In this document: positions 10,439 to 20,372 of the stretch, in pieces | How the letters are laid out: each line of letters begins with the position of its first letter | How positions within the stretch are numbered: the stretch's first letter is position 1 | Translations under genes and position numbers: made by a program | The notes under the pieces: generated by a model | Told to the model about the DNA's origin: nothing | Databases searched by the model: none | Seen by the model: only the letters and a program-made list of their open reading frames with translations | Source of the DNA: a virus | Taxonomy: Duplodnaviria; Caudoviricetes | DNA: 58,980 bases | Virus record (IMG/VR): IMGVR_UViG_3300020347_000005 | Location: 1 to 58,980 of that record | Strand: one strand, 5' to 3'

Positions 10439-11552
10439 TTTTTGCTTTTTTTAATGCGTGTTTAAAATATTTTAATGCTTTTTCTTTATCTCCTGTATAG
10501 TACAAAGAAACTCCGTACATATCATAAATTCCCCAATCATATGCAAAAGGTTCTACAAATAATTCTCCTTTTAAACCTTCTTTCAAATACTTTAATGCCA
10601 TTTTTAAGTATATCAATGCATTTTTATGTAAATTGTTTGATTGCAAGAAAGATACCATATTGAATATGTGCTCTACCCGATTTGAAACATTAAACTCTTC
10701 ACATTTAAGTAAATGTTGAAATATAAATTCTTGTGTGTTTATATGATAACTTAAACGAGCAATCATTAATTGTGAATAATATATTTCTTCTATAAAGTGC
10801 GTGTTTATTTTAGTTCTTTCAGTATAATATTGAATTGCCTTTCTACACAATTTCAATCCACGTTCATCTTTTTCATTTTTTGCAAGAACAATATTTGCAG
10901 CATCTCTATAAGATTGTGCCAAGTAAAAAGTCCATCTCGGGTCTTTCCAGTCGTTATCTTCCTGATATTTTAAAAGAATTTTTGCATGGTCTTCATACTT
11001 TACAGCAATATCTTCTGTTTGCCAAGAATTTCCATCTGGCGTAATAAACATATGACCAAAATCAAATTTGAAATTTTTAGAAGGATTGTTTGTTTGTAGA
11101 ACTTCATGTACAGGACCATACCAAAAATAGTCATTGTCAAATCTATAAAATTGAGCACGTTGATATTTCATACCACCATATTCGCATTGTATAAGCATCT
11201 GGTCAGGTTTGTTGGTCTTTACAAATTCATTTAAGATTTGTTTATTGAACGTTTTATCTAATTTAAGTTCTTCATCAGCATCCATCCAAAATCCATAATT
11301 ACCTAAATCTTTTGCGTGTTCTATACTTTGATTTCTACATTCTTCAAAGTTAGTAAACTCAAAGTCAACTATCTTTCCATCAATTCCTTTAGAATCAAAA
11401 AATGTCTTTATGATTTCTTTTGTTTTGTCGGTTGAACCAGTATCTACTATGCAATAAGAATCAATCATTTTATAGCAAGAATTCAGAGCACGTTCAATTA
11501 CGTGCTCCTCATCTTTTACTATCATAGTTAATACTATTTTAGTTTCAGTCAT
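10326..11552 (-). CDS. Glycosyltransferase family 2 with C-terminal TPR-like repeats
   Basis: LTMIVKDEEHVIERAL, IVDTGSTDKT, WMDADE (DxD), WYGPVHE, PRWTFYLAQSYRD. Confidence 0.9.
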   Translation of the reverse strand: MTETKIVLTMIVKDEEHVIERALNSCYKMIDSYCIVDTGSTDKTKEIIKTFFDSKGIDGKIVDFEFTNFEECRNQSIEHAKDLGNYGFWMDADEELKLDKTFNKQILNEFVKTNKPDQMLIQCEYGGMKYQRAQFYRFDNDYFWYGPVHEVLQTNNPSKNFKFDFGHMFITPDGNSWQTEDIAVKYEDHAKILLKYQEDNDWKDPRWTFYLAQSYRDAANIVLAKNEKDERGLKLCRKAIQYYTERTKINTHFIEEIYYSQLMIARLSYHINTQEFIFQHLLKCEEFNVSNRVEHIFNMVSFLQSNNLHKNALIYLKMALKYLKEGLKGELFVEPFAYDWGIYDMYGVSLYYTGDKEKALKYFKHALKKAKNGNTGNIDLKRMSNNVESTERELQQRNSRNGKGSIKI

Positions 11553-11555
11553 CTA

Positions 11556-11792
11556 CTAGTCTTTAGTAGGTTCTAAAACGACATCGTTTGATTCTGTTGC
11601 TGGTTCGGAACCTTGAGATGTTCCTTCTTGCTCTTTTGCATAAGCATTTAAGAGTTTAAGAGATTGAGAAATGTAATCTAAATCTTCCCATTCGAAAATT
11701 CCAGCTCTTCTACCTTGTTCTGCAGCTTGCATAAGTACAGAAATTGCTTGGTTTAAATTTGAAACTTGCGCTTCTTGTTTTGCTTCACTCAT
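11556..11792 (-). CDS. Hypothetical protein
   Basis: 78-aa ORF tightly packed in the operon. Confidence 0.65.
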   Translation of the reverse strand: MSEAKQEAQVSNLNQAISVLMQAAEQGRRAGIFEWEDLDYISQSLKLLNAYAKEQEGTSQGSEPATESNDVVLEPTKD

Positions 11793-11817
11793 TTGTATAT
11801 GTATTAAAAATTAAAAA

Positions 11818-12882
11818 TTAAATTGCTAACATTATGTTGACATCTAGGTTATTTACTTTTGATATAATCTTACCTTTAAAGTTATCAGATTCCATTATAA
11901 ATAAACTATTCATCTTAAAAGTTACGGGCATATTACTATCTAATTCAGATATTGTTCCTGTAAAAGAATTTATATTAGTGCTCGTATATCCTATTTTAGA
12001 GGGCATTGAAATATTACTATTATTATATATGTAATTACTTTCAGACCACTCTATTAGTTCAATGATATTATACGCAGTTTTATTTTGCACAATGTCATTT
12101 ATTTTTTGGTCTAATTTAACAATAACCCATTTTCCGAGCGTGTTATTAAAAATAAACAATATGTATTCATTATCTACTTTTGTATATGCGTAATAATCTA
12201 ACTTACATTTATATTCATTTTCCGCAGCACTTGATTTAATTATCAAATTGTTGTTTTCAAGATATCCAGTAAACGAATATTCATAAACCCCTTTTGCTAC
12301 TGCTGTTGCACCACCAACAACACAAGTTCCCGTTGCCCCTGTTATTCCTATTGCAGCTGATGTTGCTCCTGTTCCGCCACAACTAGCAACATCTATACAA
12401 GTACAACCAGACCATCCCGTAACACCAGCCGCAGTTGGACCATGTGAACAATCGAATAATAGTGCATTATCAGAATAAATTGTTTTAGTATCAAGTGCAT
12501 AAGATGTAAATTGATTCATTTCAAAATCTAATAGTACTTCTGATGTAGATGTAGAACCAGCATTGCATCCACAATTATTTGCAAGTGAATTATTTGCCGG
12601 TAAACAAGCACTTGTTAAGTCAATAGAACCATCGGTTGCTTTAATTGTACTACCAGTAGATGTATTATTATTTCTTGCCCTAAGAGCAATAAATTTATAA
12701 GGTGTAGTTATTGAAATTTCATCACCTTTATTCAATATACCATTCCAAGTTGTCCAATTAGTAACACTAGGTAAATAATCTTTTAGTGTTAATCTTAAAT
12801 CACTTGCCACAACATTACCGTTTGATACTATACTAGGACCATCTTCATCTATTTTAATTATGCATTTTTTAGTACTTGACAT
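11818..12882 (-). CDS. Hypothetical protein with Cys-rich and GxTG-rich segment, possibly structural
   Basis: 354 aa; GVTG/GGTGAT/GITGATG motifs interspersed with Cys. Confidence 0.6.
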   Translation of the reverse strand: MSSTKKCIIKIDEDGPSIVSNGNVVASDLRLTLKDYLPSVTNWTTWNGILNKGDEISITTPYKFIALRARNNNTSTGSTIKATDGSIDLTSACLPANNSLANNCGCNAGSTSTSEVLLDFEMNQFTSYALDTKTIYSDNALLFDCSHGPTAAGVTGWSGCTCIDVASCGGTGATSAAIGITGATGTCVVGGATAVAKGVYEYSFTGYLENNNLIIKSSAAENEYKCKLDYYAYTKVDNEYILFIFNNTLGKWVIVKLDQKINDIVQNKTAYNIIELIEWSESNYIYNNSNISMPSKIGYTSTNINSFTGTISELDSNMPVTFKMNSLFIMESDNFKGKIISKVNNLDVNIMLAI

Positions 12883-12892
12883 TTAACTTATA

Positions 12893-13513
12893 TTATTTTT
12901 CTCCGATTGAATTAACAACTTTTTCTGCATCATTTACGACATCTCCCAATTTGGATGACTTTGCATCTACGTTCTTTTTATTTAATTCAGTTGCATTTGG
13001 TCTTTCTGTTACAATATTCGTAGGAATTTCTGTATCCTTTGTTACATTATTCGTATGAATTTTTGTATCCTCCGTTACAGGAACTTCTTCTTTAGGTGCA
13101 AGATAGTCCATTAACGATTTAATGAAACCTAACGAAACTAAAGGCAATATTCCACCACTAATAAATGCAAAAACTCTTCTCGTAAAATTCGGGTCTTCAT
13201 CAACCATATCGAAAAGTTTTGTCCATTCAGAAATATCATTACTATGTGACCATGCCCAATACATATTTCCATGTATTTGAAATGTTGTTAGTAATATAAA
13301 CAATGCCCATATAAGAGTTTTGTTTCCTTTGGAAATTATGATACCTCCTAATGATGCCATAGCACCTATTTCGAATCCGATTGCTAAACACCAAGATAAG
13401 AATAAGTTATTCGACAACTCAAAAAATTCTATACTATGAATTGTACTTACTGTACTAACAAGAACCCATAAACTAATAAAAGTTCCTATCCAAAATTTTT
13501 CTTTAATATTCAT
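12893..13513 (-). CDS. Membrane protein (about 4 TM helices) with hydrophilic tail
   Basis: Four hydrophobic segments in the N-terminal 140 aa. Confidence 0.7.
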   Translation of the reverse strand: MNIKEKFWIGTFISLWVLVSTVSTIHSIEFFELSNNLFLSWCLAIGFEIGAMASLGGIIISKGNKTLIWALFILLTTFQIHGNMYWAWSHSNDISEWTKLFDMVDEDPNFTRRVFAFISGGILPLVSLGFIKSLMDYLAPKEEVPVTEDTKIHTNNVTKDTEIPTNIVTERPNATELNKKNVDAKSSKLGDVVNDAEKVVNSIGEK

Positions 13514-13515
13514 AT

Positions 13516-13959
13516 CTATACTTTCGTAGTTTTCAACATTTTAGAAAACTTCTTTAGATATTTAATCAAATCTTTTTCATAGTAATGAAGCAAAATATCG
13601 AATTCCTTTGTACCCATTTTACTTATTTGCATAAAACTTTTAGCAATATCTTTATCAACTTTACTTTTTGCTTTTTTCTTTGCACCGGCCATTGAAACTC
13701 TTAGAACTCTTCTGATATAACCTAACATTCTCATACCTTGTCCGGTTTTATTCATATCAATAAATGCTTGATTCCAAAAATCAACAGTACTTTCAGGACA
13801 TACTTTCATATGTGTCATATTGAAAGATACTTCTGGTAATGCCCTGGATAACATTCTATTGACAATAAAAGCATGTCTTTTTTTATCCATATTAGAAATG
13901 TCATCGAACTTTTCTTTTCCTAATTGTCCTATTATATCAAACGGTGTTTTTACTATCAT
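13516..13959 (-). CDS. Clamp loader small subunit, gp62-like
   Basis: TPFDII..., AFIVNRMLS...M...VDFW pattern resembles gp62 of T4-like phages; same operon as gp44. Confidence 0.55.
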   Translation of the reverse strand: MIVKTPFDIIGQLGKEKFDDISNMDKKRHAFIVNRMLSRALPEVSFNMTHMKVCPESTVDFWNQAFIDMNKTGQGMRMLGYIRRVLRVSMAGAKKKAKSKVDKDIAKSFMQISKMGTKEFDILLHYYEKDLIKYLKKFSKMLKTTKV

Positions 13960-15149
13960 AATCCTAATTCTTTAAAGATACTTGCACTACTTGAATTATC
14001 GTGTGCTTTCTTGTCATATAGTTTCATAGACATTAAAAGATTTTTATAGTTAAATTGTTTTTGCACTTCGCATTTTTTCTTTTTATAAGTTTCTTCTGAC
14101 CAGTTAAAAATATCATTGTACAAATAAGATGGAATAGTATCTTTGTGTAAAAGTACAAGATTTATATTAACATCTACGTTATTTTGAACATCTTCGATAG
14201 AATACTTGTTTTGAGATTTAAAATTTCTAATAGCAGAACTTGCTAGTTTTCTTTTGAAATCAGTACGAAACAAATCCTCTACATTGAATTTAGAAAAATC
14301 AATTTCTTTCTTTATGTTTTTTATAGTTGCGTCAGCAATCCCTGTGTTGAACCATTGGCCAGCTTTTTTAGCCTTGGGTCCATACTGTCTGGATTCAGTT
14401 ATGATAGGAACTATATTATCAGATATATCACCACCTAAAATCTTTTCAATAACTATTTCAAATGGATTAACTACGGATAACTTAGAACTTGTATTATTAA
14501 CAACAGAACGTAAGCAATCAACAGCATATGTCTTTTGATTTTCTTTTAAGTACAATGCAGTCTCTTTATCAATCCAAAGTTTTCTATTTTGTTTTTGATA
14601 TTGAATAGTAAAAGTATTTTTACTTTTGTCGAATCCTACACATTGTTTTAAATCACCATCACCTGAATAGATTATAGTACTTTTACCTTGACTATTCAAG
14701 TAACTAGAATGCACAAAAATTAAATCATCAGCTTCACATCCTGGAATTGCTTTAAAGTTTAGATTACAACTAATTGCTAATCCTTTAACAAAAGAATCAA
14801 AGACATTAAAAATATTAGAAAAATCAATACTTTTATCTTTTTTTCTGTTACCTTTGTATGACAAATCTTTTTGAATTCCTTTGTAATCTTTAGTAAGATA
14901 CAAATCTTTTCTCCAAGAATTAGAATCATCTATTGTAATTATAACATCATCTATAATCGGACCTAGACTTCTAATGTCCTTTGCATATATTTGAGATAAT
15001 TTTTCTAATAAAAAGTTAGTATCTTTTCTAAGAGTTTCTTCGTTGTTACCTTTCAAGAACATTTCATTATTCTTGGAAAACAATTTCATAACACTTAGTG
15101 TAGAATATAACAGGTAATTTCCATCAATTATTAAAGTAAACTTATTCAT
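13956..15149 (-). CDS. rnh: RNase H / 5'-3' flap exonuclease
   Basis: Start reassigned to MNKFTLIIDGNYLL; SWRK, YKGNR, CEADDLI, SGDGDLKQ, GDISDNI. Confidence 0.9.
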   Translation of the reverse strand: MNKFTLIIDGNYLLYSTLSVMKLFSKNNEMFLKGNNEETLRKDTNFLLEKLSQIYAKDIRSLGPIIDDVIITIDDSNSWRKDLYLTKDYKGIQKDLSYKGNRKKDKSIDFSNIFNVFDSFVKGLAISCNLNFKAIPGCEADDLIFVHSSYLNSQGKSTIIYSGDGDLKQCVGFDKSKNTFTIQYQKQNRKLWIDKETALYLKENQKTYAVDCLRSVVNNTSSKLSVVNPFEIVIEKILGGDISDNIVPIITESRQYGPKAKKAGQWFNTGIADATIKNIKKEIDFSKFNVEDLFRTDFKRKLASSAIRNFKSQNKYSIEDVQNNVDVNINLVLLHKDTIPSYLYNDIFNWSEETYKKKKCEVQKQFNYKNLLMSMKLYDKKAHDNSSSASIFKELGL

Positions 15150-16095
15150 TAACAATCTTTTTAATTTTTTGTAAACAAGCCGATAAAGTAACAAATTTGT
15201 CAATTACAAAATTTGATTTATAAGTGTAGTCGGCAACCTCTACAATTATATTACCTATTTTATTTGATTCTGCACCTTTACCAATCAGAAAATCAATAAA
15301 TTCTTTTCCTAATGATGCAAATACGTTGTCTTCATTGTTAACGTAGTTCTTATACGCAAATGTATAAAGGTCTATAAAAGATTCACCTGAATTGATTAGG
15401 TGCTCGAATAATTCTTTATTTTCGCCAGTAAAAGTTTTTAAATCTTCTAAGGTAATAGTTTTCTTACCTTCTTCATACATTCCTTGTAAAAAGGTAATTG
15501 TACTTCTTAAATCTGGAAAATGTTTCTTAACAATTGCGCCCATAACTTTAGGTTCAACAGACATCTCTTCCTGTTTGCATATATGATTGAAACGAATTAG
15601 ATATTTTTTCATCAAATCGCGTTCTTCTTCTTTAGGAAAATCAAAGTCAATAACATCGAATCTAGATTGTACATTGTCCGGAATCTTTTGAATGTAGTTA
15701 CAAGTTGCAATAAATCTAGTTGTACTTGCAAATTTTTCAATAACACCTCTCATTGCTTTAAGGTATTGTTCAGAAACACCATCGAACTCATCTAACAATA
15801 CAACTTTCTGTGCTTTCTTTCCGTTCAAGATAGAAATATTAGAACAAAATTCTGTTATTCTAGTTCTTACATTGTCTACACTTGTATCAAGTGAACAGTT
15901 AATTTCTAAACTAACCATATCTTTAGCAATGATTTTTCCTAAACTAGTTTTACCTAATCCTGGACTACCGTGTAATAGAACGTGGTTATTTAATTTACCC
16001 CCTTTGAACTTATTATAAACTCTTTCAGGAATAATTAAATCCTCTAATGTAGATGGTCTATACTTTTCTACCCAAATGTTGTTTTTTATACTCAT
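15142..16095 (-). CDS. gp44: Clamp loader large subunit (RFC-like AAA+)
   Basis: WVEKYRPSTL, GSPGLGKT, LLDEFD, ATCNY, QSRF, FPDLR. Confidence 0.95.
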   Translation of the reverse strand: MSIKNNIWVEKYRPSTLEDLIIPERVYNKFKGGKLNNHVLLHGSPGLGKTSLGKIIAKDMVSLEINCSLDTSVDNVRTRITEFCSNISILNGKKAQKVVLLDEFDGVSEQYLKAMRGVIEKFASTTRFIATCNYIQKIPDNVQSRFDVIDFDFPKEEERDLMKKYLIRFNHICKQEEMSVEPKVMGAIVKKHFPDLRSTITFLQGMYEEGKKTITLEDLKTFTGENKELFEHLINSGESFIDLYTFAYKNYVNNEDNVFASLGKEFIDFLIGKGAESNKIGNIIVEVADYTYKSNFVIDKFVTLSACLQKIKKIVNE

Positions 16096-16141
16096 ATTAA
16101 ATATTTTATATCATAAAGATTATACACTAATTAAAAACAAA

Positions 16142-16804
16142 ATGGCATCAGAATATTTTATAGATACTGAAAAAATTACGATAAAAGATAAAAACTACGA
16201 ACCTAATATATTTCCTAATACTTGGTTTGTACAAGAACCTATTGACATAGAACATAAACATTGGAAATTACTTGCATATCTAAAAAGAATTGATACTAAC
16301 GTAAAAAAAGGGTTTTTGTTTCAAGAATATGAAACCTTAGAAAAAAGATACAAAGATTTAGAATCTTTTATATCTACCTACGAAATCGTAAACAAAGATA
16401 AAGAAAGTGAAAAACTTTTTGATTACATCTATGAACTACACGGAACTATCCTAAAATTAAAAGATTTAGATATTATCGTAGAAAGAAGTGCAAAAAGACT
16501 TAGAGAAAAGTATGTAGAGTTAAAAACCGCAATAACCTTTCTTAAAGACAACATAAAAATTGTCCGCAAAGAAATCAGAGATAAAAGAAAGAATTTACAT
16601 ATATACATAGAAATGTGTAATTGTTCTATCATTGAACACTACGTTGTATCAAAAAAAGGAAAAGTACACTATGAGGGTTCGTTTCATTCCGAACTAAAAT
16701 ATGTAGATGATGAAATAAATAATGTTATTGAAGTTAAAACAGATATGGCTTTAAATTCTAAAGGTATTACGATACCTTATGTACTTAAAGTTATGTTACA
16801 ATAG
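16142..16804 (+). CDS. Hypothetical protein
   Basis: Likely start MASEYF at 16142, preceded by ATTAAATA at 16096-16103. Confidence 0.7.
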   Translation: MASEYFIDTEKITIKDKNYEPNIFPNTWFVQEPIDIEHKHWKLLAYLKRIDTNVKKGFLFQEYETLEKRYKDLESFISTYEIVNKDKESEKLFDYIYELHGTILKLKDLDIIVERSAKRLREKYVELKTAITFLKDNIKIVRKEIRDKRKNLHIYIEMCNCSIIEHYVVSKKGKVHYEGSFHSELKYVDDEINNVIEVKTDMALNSKGITIPYVLKVMLQ

Positions 16805-17432
16805 AGTTATATACCTTTTCGATATTTTTTAATTTAGCAGTATAACTAACTTTTAATCGTTTATCAACAGATTTGTCTGTATCATAAAGAGATTTTTCTC
16901 TTTTGATTAGTTTAGAAAATAACTTTTTTTGATGTTCTTTGTTTATAGTGTAAAAATCTTGTTTAAATTTAGAATATTCGTGGTCATGTAATCTTTTGTC
17001 GAATATTCCTTTTTTATTGATATAGTGGTCTTCAATGCATTTTCCACAAAGAACATTTTTTAATTTAAAATCACCTAAAAAAGAAATAGTAGGTTCACCA
17101 CATCTTATACAATTATATTCAATAGTATTTGCGGTCCAATAGTATTCATCTTTTGATAGTACTATATTTGCATCTATTAATGGAATATAACTAGGATAAA
17201 AAGGAAATAACCTTTTTGGTTGATTTCCTGTAATCTTGTTTATGAAAAATTTATCTTTTTGAATTAACATATTACAAAATAAATCATCATCAAAGTATTT
17301 TCTTGCAAATTTATTTTTTACAAATACTTTTTTTTCTTGAAAACTTGCTTTATCTAATAATAATCTTTGATATATTCTATCAGAACTAAATCCTTTTCTT
17401 ATAGTCTTTCTCCTATTGAGTTTTCTAAGCAT
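16791..17432 (-). CDS. Hypothetical basic protein with putative zinc ribbon
   Basis: CIRC...CGKC pairs. Confidence 0.6.
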   Translation of the reverse strand: MLRKLNRRKTIRKGFSSDRIYQRLLLDKASFQEKKVFVKNKFARKYFDDDLFCNMLIQKDKFFINKITGNQPKRLFPFYPSYIPLIDANIVLSKDEYYWTANTIEYNCIRCGEPTISFLGDFKLKNVLCGKCIEDHYINKKGIFDKRLHDHEYSKFKQDFYTINKEHQKKLFSKLIKREKSLYDTDKSVDKRLKVSYTAKLKNIEKVYNSIVT

Positions 17433-18526
17433 TTGATTTCTTCGTTAAGTGATTCTAAATCGTAGAAAAACGATAAAGACAAAGTTTTGTTTTCTTCCAA
17501 TTGTTTTTCTAGATTTTCAATCTTATCATCCAAAGATTTAATACCTTTTTCATTGGATTCTTTTTTTTCTGGATTATTGACAATTTCTTTTTTTAATTTC
17601 AACTTAGTGTTATTAAATTGAACTATTTTTTTCTTTATCTTTTCTTTACCAGCATTTTTAGCATCTTCTTCAGCTTTTTCTTTGGCAGCTTCGGCTTCAA
17701 TCTTTGCAGTATCAGCTTTTGTTTTTTCAGTTTCGGCCTTTACGGTTTCTGTATCGGTTTCAATCTTTTCGGCTTTTGTTTCTTTTGGTGTTTTTTTCTT
17801 TTCGGTTTTTTCCGGGGTATCAGTAGTTTCGGGTTCTCCTTTTGAATTTTTGTCTTTTTCGGCATTTGCCTTTTCTTCTTCTTCCTTTTTCTTTTTAAGT
17901 TCTTCAGCTTCGGCATTTGCTTTTTTAATATCGTCTTCTAAAGTAGTTTGGTCAGCTTTTATTTTTTCGATGTCTTCTTCATATCCTTTCATTTTAGAAA
18001 GACTGACATTTGCTTTTCTACCGGTTAAAAACATTTTTAATTTATACTTATTATTAGCATATGAATCCATTTTTTGCAAAATTTTAGAATCTTTTTTTAA
18101 TTCATCTATTTTACTTTTGATGTCATCTAATGATTTTACACTTTTTTCATATTTATCTAATTCGGATTTTCTAAATTGTGCTCTTTTGTCTTTATCCATT
18201 TTATCAATTTTCTTGGCACTAGAAACATAATTCTTTGCAGCGCCATCAAGACCTTTGTAGTATTTTGTTATTGCCGATTTACCTTTTAAAAAGTTCATAA
18301 CATTACCAATAAGTCCTTCATCTAAATTATACATTGACAATTCTTCTGCTTCTAACAAAGATTCAAAGTTTTGTGATTCAAATTGTGCATCACCCATTCC
18401 TACATTTAAAATATACATATAAGTAGCAACAAATGCCTTTCTTTGTTCTTCCGATAAATGATTTAGATACGCTTGTAAAAAATTAGTATCTTGATTTGTT
18501 AAATTCGTATTTTGCATTATTTCCAT
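17399..18526 (-). CDS. Lys/Glu-rich coiled-coil protein, possible internal head/core protein
   Basis: Directly downstream of gp23 with its own late promoter; LLE/LDE/LNE sites; low-complexity KE region. Confidence 0.6.
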   Translation of the reverse strand: MEIMQNTNLTNQDTNFLQAYLNHLSEEQRKAFVATYMYILNVGMGDAQFESQNFESLLEAEELSMYNLDEGLIGNVMNFLKGKSAITKYYKGLDGAAKNYVSSAKKIDKMDKDKRAQFRKSELDKYEKSVKSLDDIKSKIDELKKDSKILQKMDSYANNKYKLKMFLTGRKANVSLSKMKGYEEDIEKIKADQTTLEDDIKKANAEAEELKKKKEEEEKANAEKDKNSKGEPETTDTPEKTEKKKTPKETKAEKIETDTETVKAETEKTKADTAKIEAEAAKEKAEEDAKNAGKEKIKKKIVQFNNTKLKLKKEIVNNPEKKESNEKGIKSLDDKIENLEKQLEENKTLSLSFFYDLESLNEEIKCLENSIGERL

Positions 18527-18545
18527 TTGACAATATTTCTTTTAA

Positions 18546-18587
18546 TATTTAATCATAAAAAAAGGGAACCAAAAATGATTCCCTTTT
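18546..18587 (-). terminator. gp23 terminator (18557-18587) followed by late promoter ATTAAATA (18546-18553)
   Basis: Minus strand AAAAGGGAATCA-TTTT-TGGTTCCCTTTTTTT then ATGATTAAATA. Confidence 0.8.
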
Positions 18588-18608
18588 AATATTAATATAG
18601 TCAGACTA

Positions 18609-20336
18609 TTAAGCCCATCCACCATCAACTTTATCTTCTGCACCAAAAGTAAGGTACATAGTTTCTGGGTGATGACCAGCTTCAACAATTTGATATCTAG
18701 ACTTCATTTGCATTTTCGGAGCCATAGTTCCTTCTGCAATTGTTTCAACAGTATCAGCCATAACGTAAGGCATGAATACAAGACCTGGTGTGTTACCGTC
18801 TCCTTTTCTACCTAATGCAATTCTAACATCTTCCCAAGCCATAACTGGGTCAACATAAATTGCAATACCAGCTAATGTTCCTAATGGATACAATGCTCCA
18901 GGAACTTGGTTGATAGTATTAGCGATTGGGTAAGGAACGAATCCAGCACAATCTTGGAATCCACTTGCAGCACCTCCAGAACAAACTGCGAATGTAGCAG
19001 GTCCTCTTCTACCTCTTACAGAGATAATGTTTGAAGCAGCAAGCATTCTTGACATTAAACGTCTTTGTCTTGTTCCTAAGTTTTCAGCACCAGTATTAGA
19101 TGCATCAACTCCAGTTACAGAAAGTGTACTTGCGAAATATTGCCAAGAACCTGTTAAAGCAAATGCACCAGCACCACCTGTGTTTAAATAAGGACCACCA
19201 GCAGCACCATTATCTAAGATTAAGTGGTAATTTCTACCAGAAACAGCTTCAATGTTTTCATGGTTCAATTTTCCTAATCTGAAAATGTTACTAAGTATAT
19301 CTCTATTGATAACTTGTGTCATTTCGTTTGCTAAGAATTGGTTTGCTTGTGCAACCGCATCAATACCGAATTGTTTTAAATCCATTAATTGCTCTCTTGT
19401 TACTGCAGCAGCGGCTTGAACCGTTTTTGCTTCAATAGCTTTAGAGAATAATTGAAGGTTTCCAGTATTAGATTGAATAGCTTCACCTTGTTGTCTAGTC
19501 ATTTTAGTAACTTCACCGAATTCAGAAACACCTTGGTTAGTTGAGAAATCAACGATGTGGTCTTCTAAACCTTTAACTAATTCTGCTTTAGATTCAATGT
19601 TAAAAGTTCCGGCAGCTCCTACTGTTCCAGGGTTTGTAGCAACAATTACTGTTCCAGCTCCCGGTGCAGTAACTGCAGGAATTATAGCTGAAATTGTATT
19701 AGTTCCAGTTAATTTTTCTGGCACTTTAGCAATTACATATCCATCAATTCTTGACTTTCCAAGAACCGTAAATAACAATCCTTCAGCAACACCATTACCA
19801 TTTGCATTTGCAAAAGTAAACGTAGCACCATCAACAATAGCACCCGCAGTAACATCTACAGCTTTAAATTTAACGTAAAGTGGAGAATTAGGTGATTTAC
19901 CATCAGTTCCAGTAGCATATGGGTCAGACAATGCAGCATATCCATTTTTACCTCCACCGTAAACGAAATCCATATAAGATAACATTCCTACTGGTGAATT
20001 CATTGGAATAGTTGGAACTAATTCCAATCCAATTGTTTGTGCAGCAACTTGAATTGCTAATGGTAAAAGAGAATAAGGTACATCTCCAGAACCTTTAGTT
20101 CCTCCTGTCCAACCTTGACCAGTTGAAGATGGTAATTCTACAGCTCCCATACCATTTACAGAACCAGGGGTTGCGTAAAAGTTATTTTCATTTAGTCCAC
20201 CACCAAGTCTTGCTTCGTAGTTTTCTTGTAATTGACAGATTGTAGCAACTAATTCTTTTTTAGATTTGTCTACACCCGTTCCAATTGTTTGGTCGATAAC
20301 TGGTGACCAGTTTTCTAATAATTGATGTTTGTTCAT
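18609..20336 (-). CDS. gp23: Major capsid protein
   Basis: LLENWSPVI, LVPTIPMNSPVG, EQLMDLKQFGIDA, LANEMTQVINRDI, RGRRGPATF, FMPYV, PKMQMKSRY. Confidence 0.93.
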   Translation of the reverse strand: MNKHQLLENWSPVIDQTIGTGVDKSKKELVATICQLQENYEARLGGGLNENNFYATPGSVNGMGAVELPSSTGQGWTGGTKGSGDVPYSLLPLAIQVAAQTIGLELVPTIPMNSPVGMLSYMDFVYGGGKNGYAALSDPYATGTDGKSPNSPLYVKFKAVDVTAGAIVDGATFTFANANGNGVAEGLLFTVLGKSRIDGYVIAKVPEKLTGTNTISAIIPAVTAPGAGTVIVATNPGTVGAAGTFNIESKAELVKGLEDHIVDFSTNQGVSEFGEVTKMTRQQGEAIQSNTGNLQLFSKAIEAKTVQAAAAVTREQLMDLKQFGIDAVAQANQFLANEMTQVINRDILSNIFRLGKLNHENIEAVSGRNYHLILDNGAAGGPYLNTGGAGAFALTGSWQYFASTLSVTGVDASNTGAENLGTRQRRLMSRMLAASNIISVRGRRGPATFAVCSGGAASGFQDCAGFVPYPIANTINQVPGALYPLGTLAGIAIYVDPVMAWEDVRIALGRKGDGNTPGLVFMPYVMADTVETIAEGTMAPKMQMKSRYQIVEAGHHPETMYLTFGAEDKVDGGWA

Positions 20337-20372
20337 TTTAACAACATTTTTTTTGTTTTAAATTCAAATATT

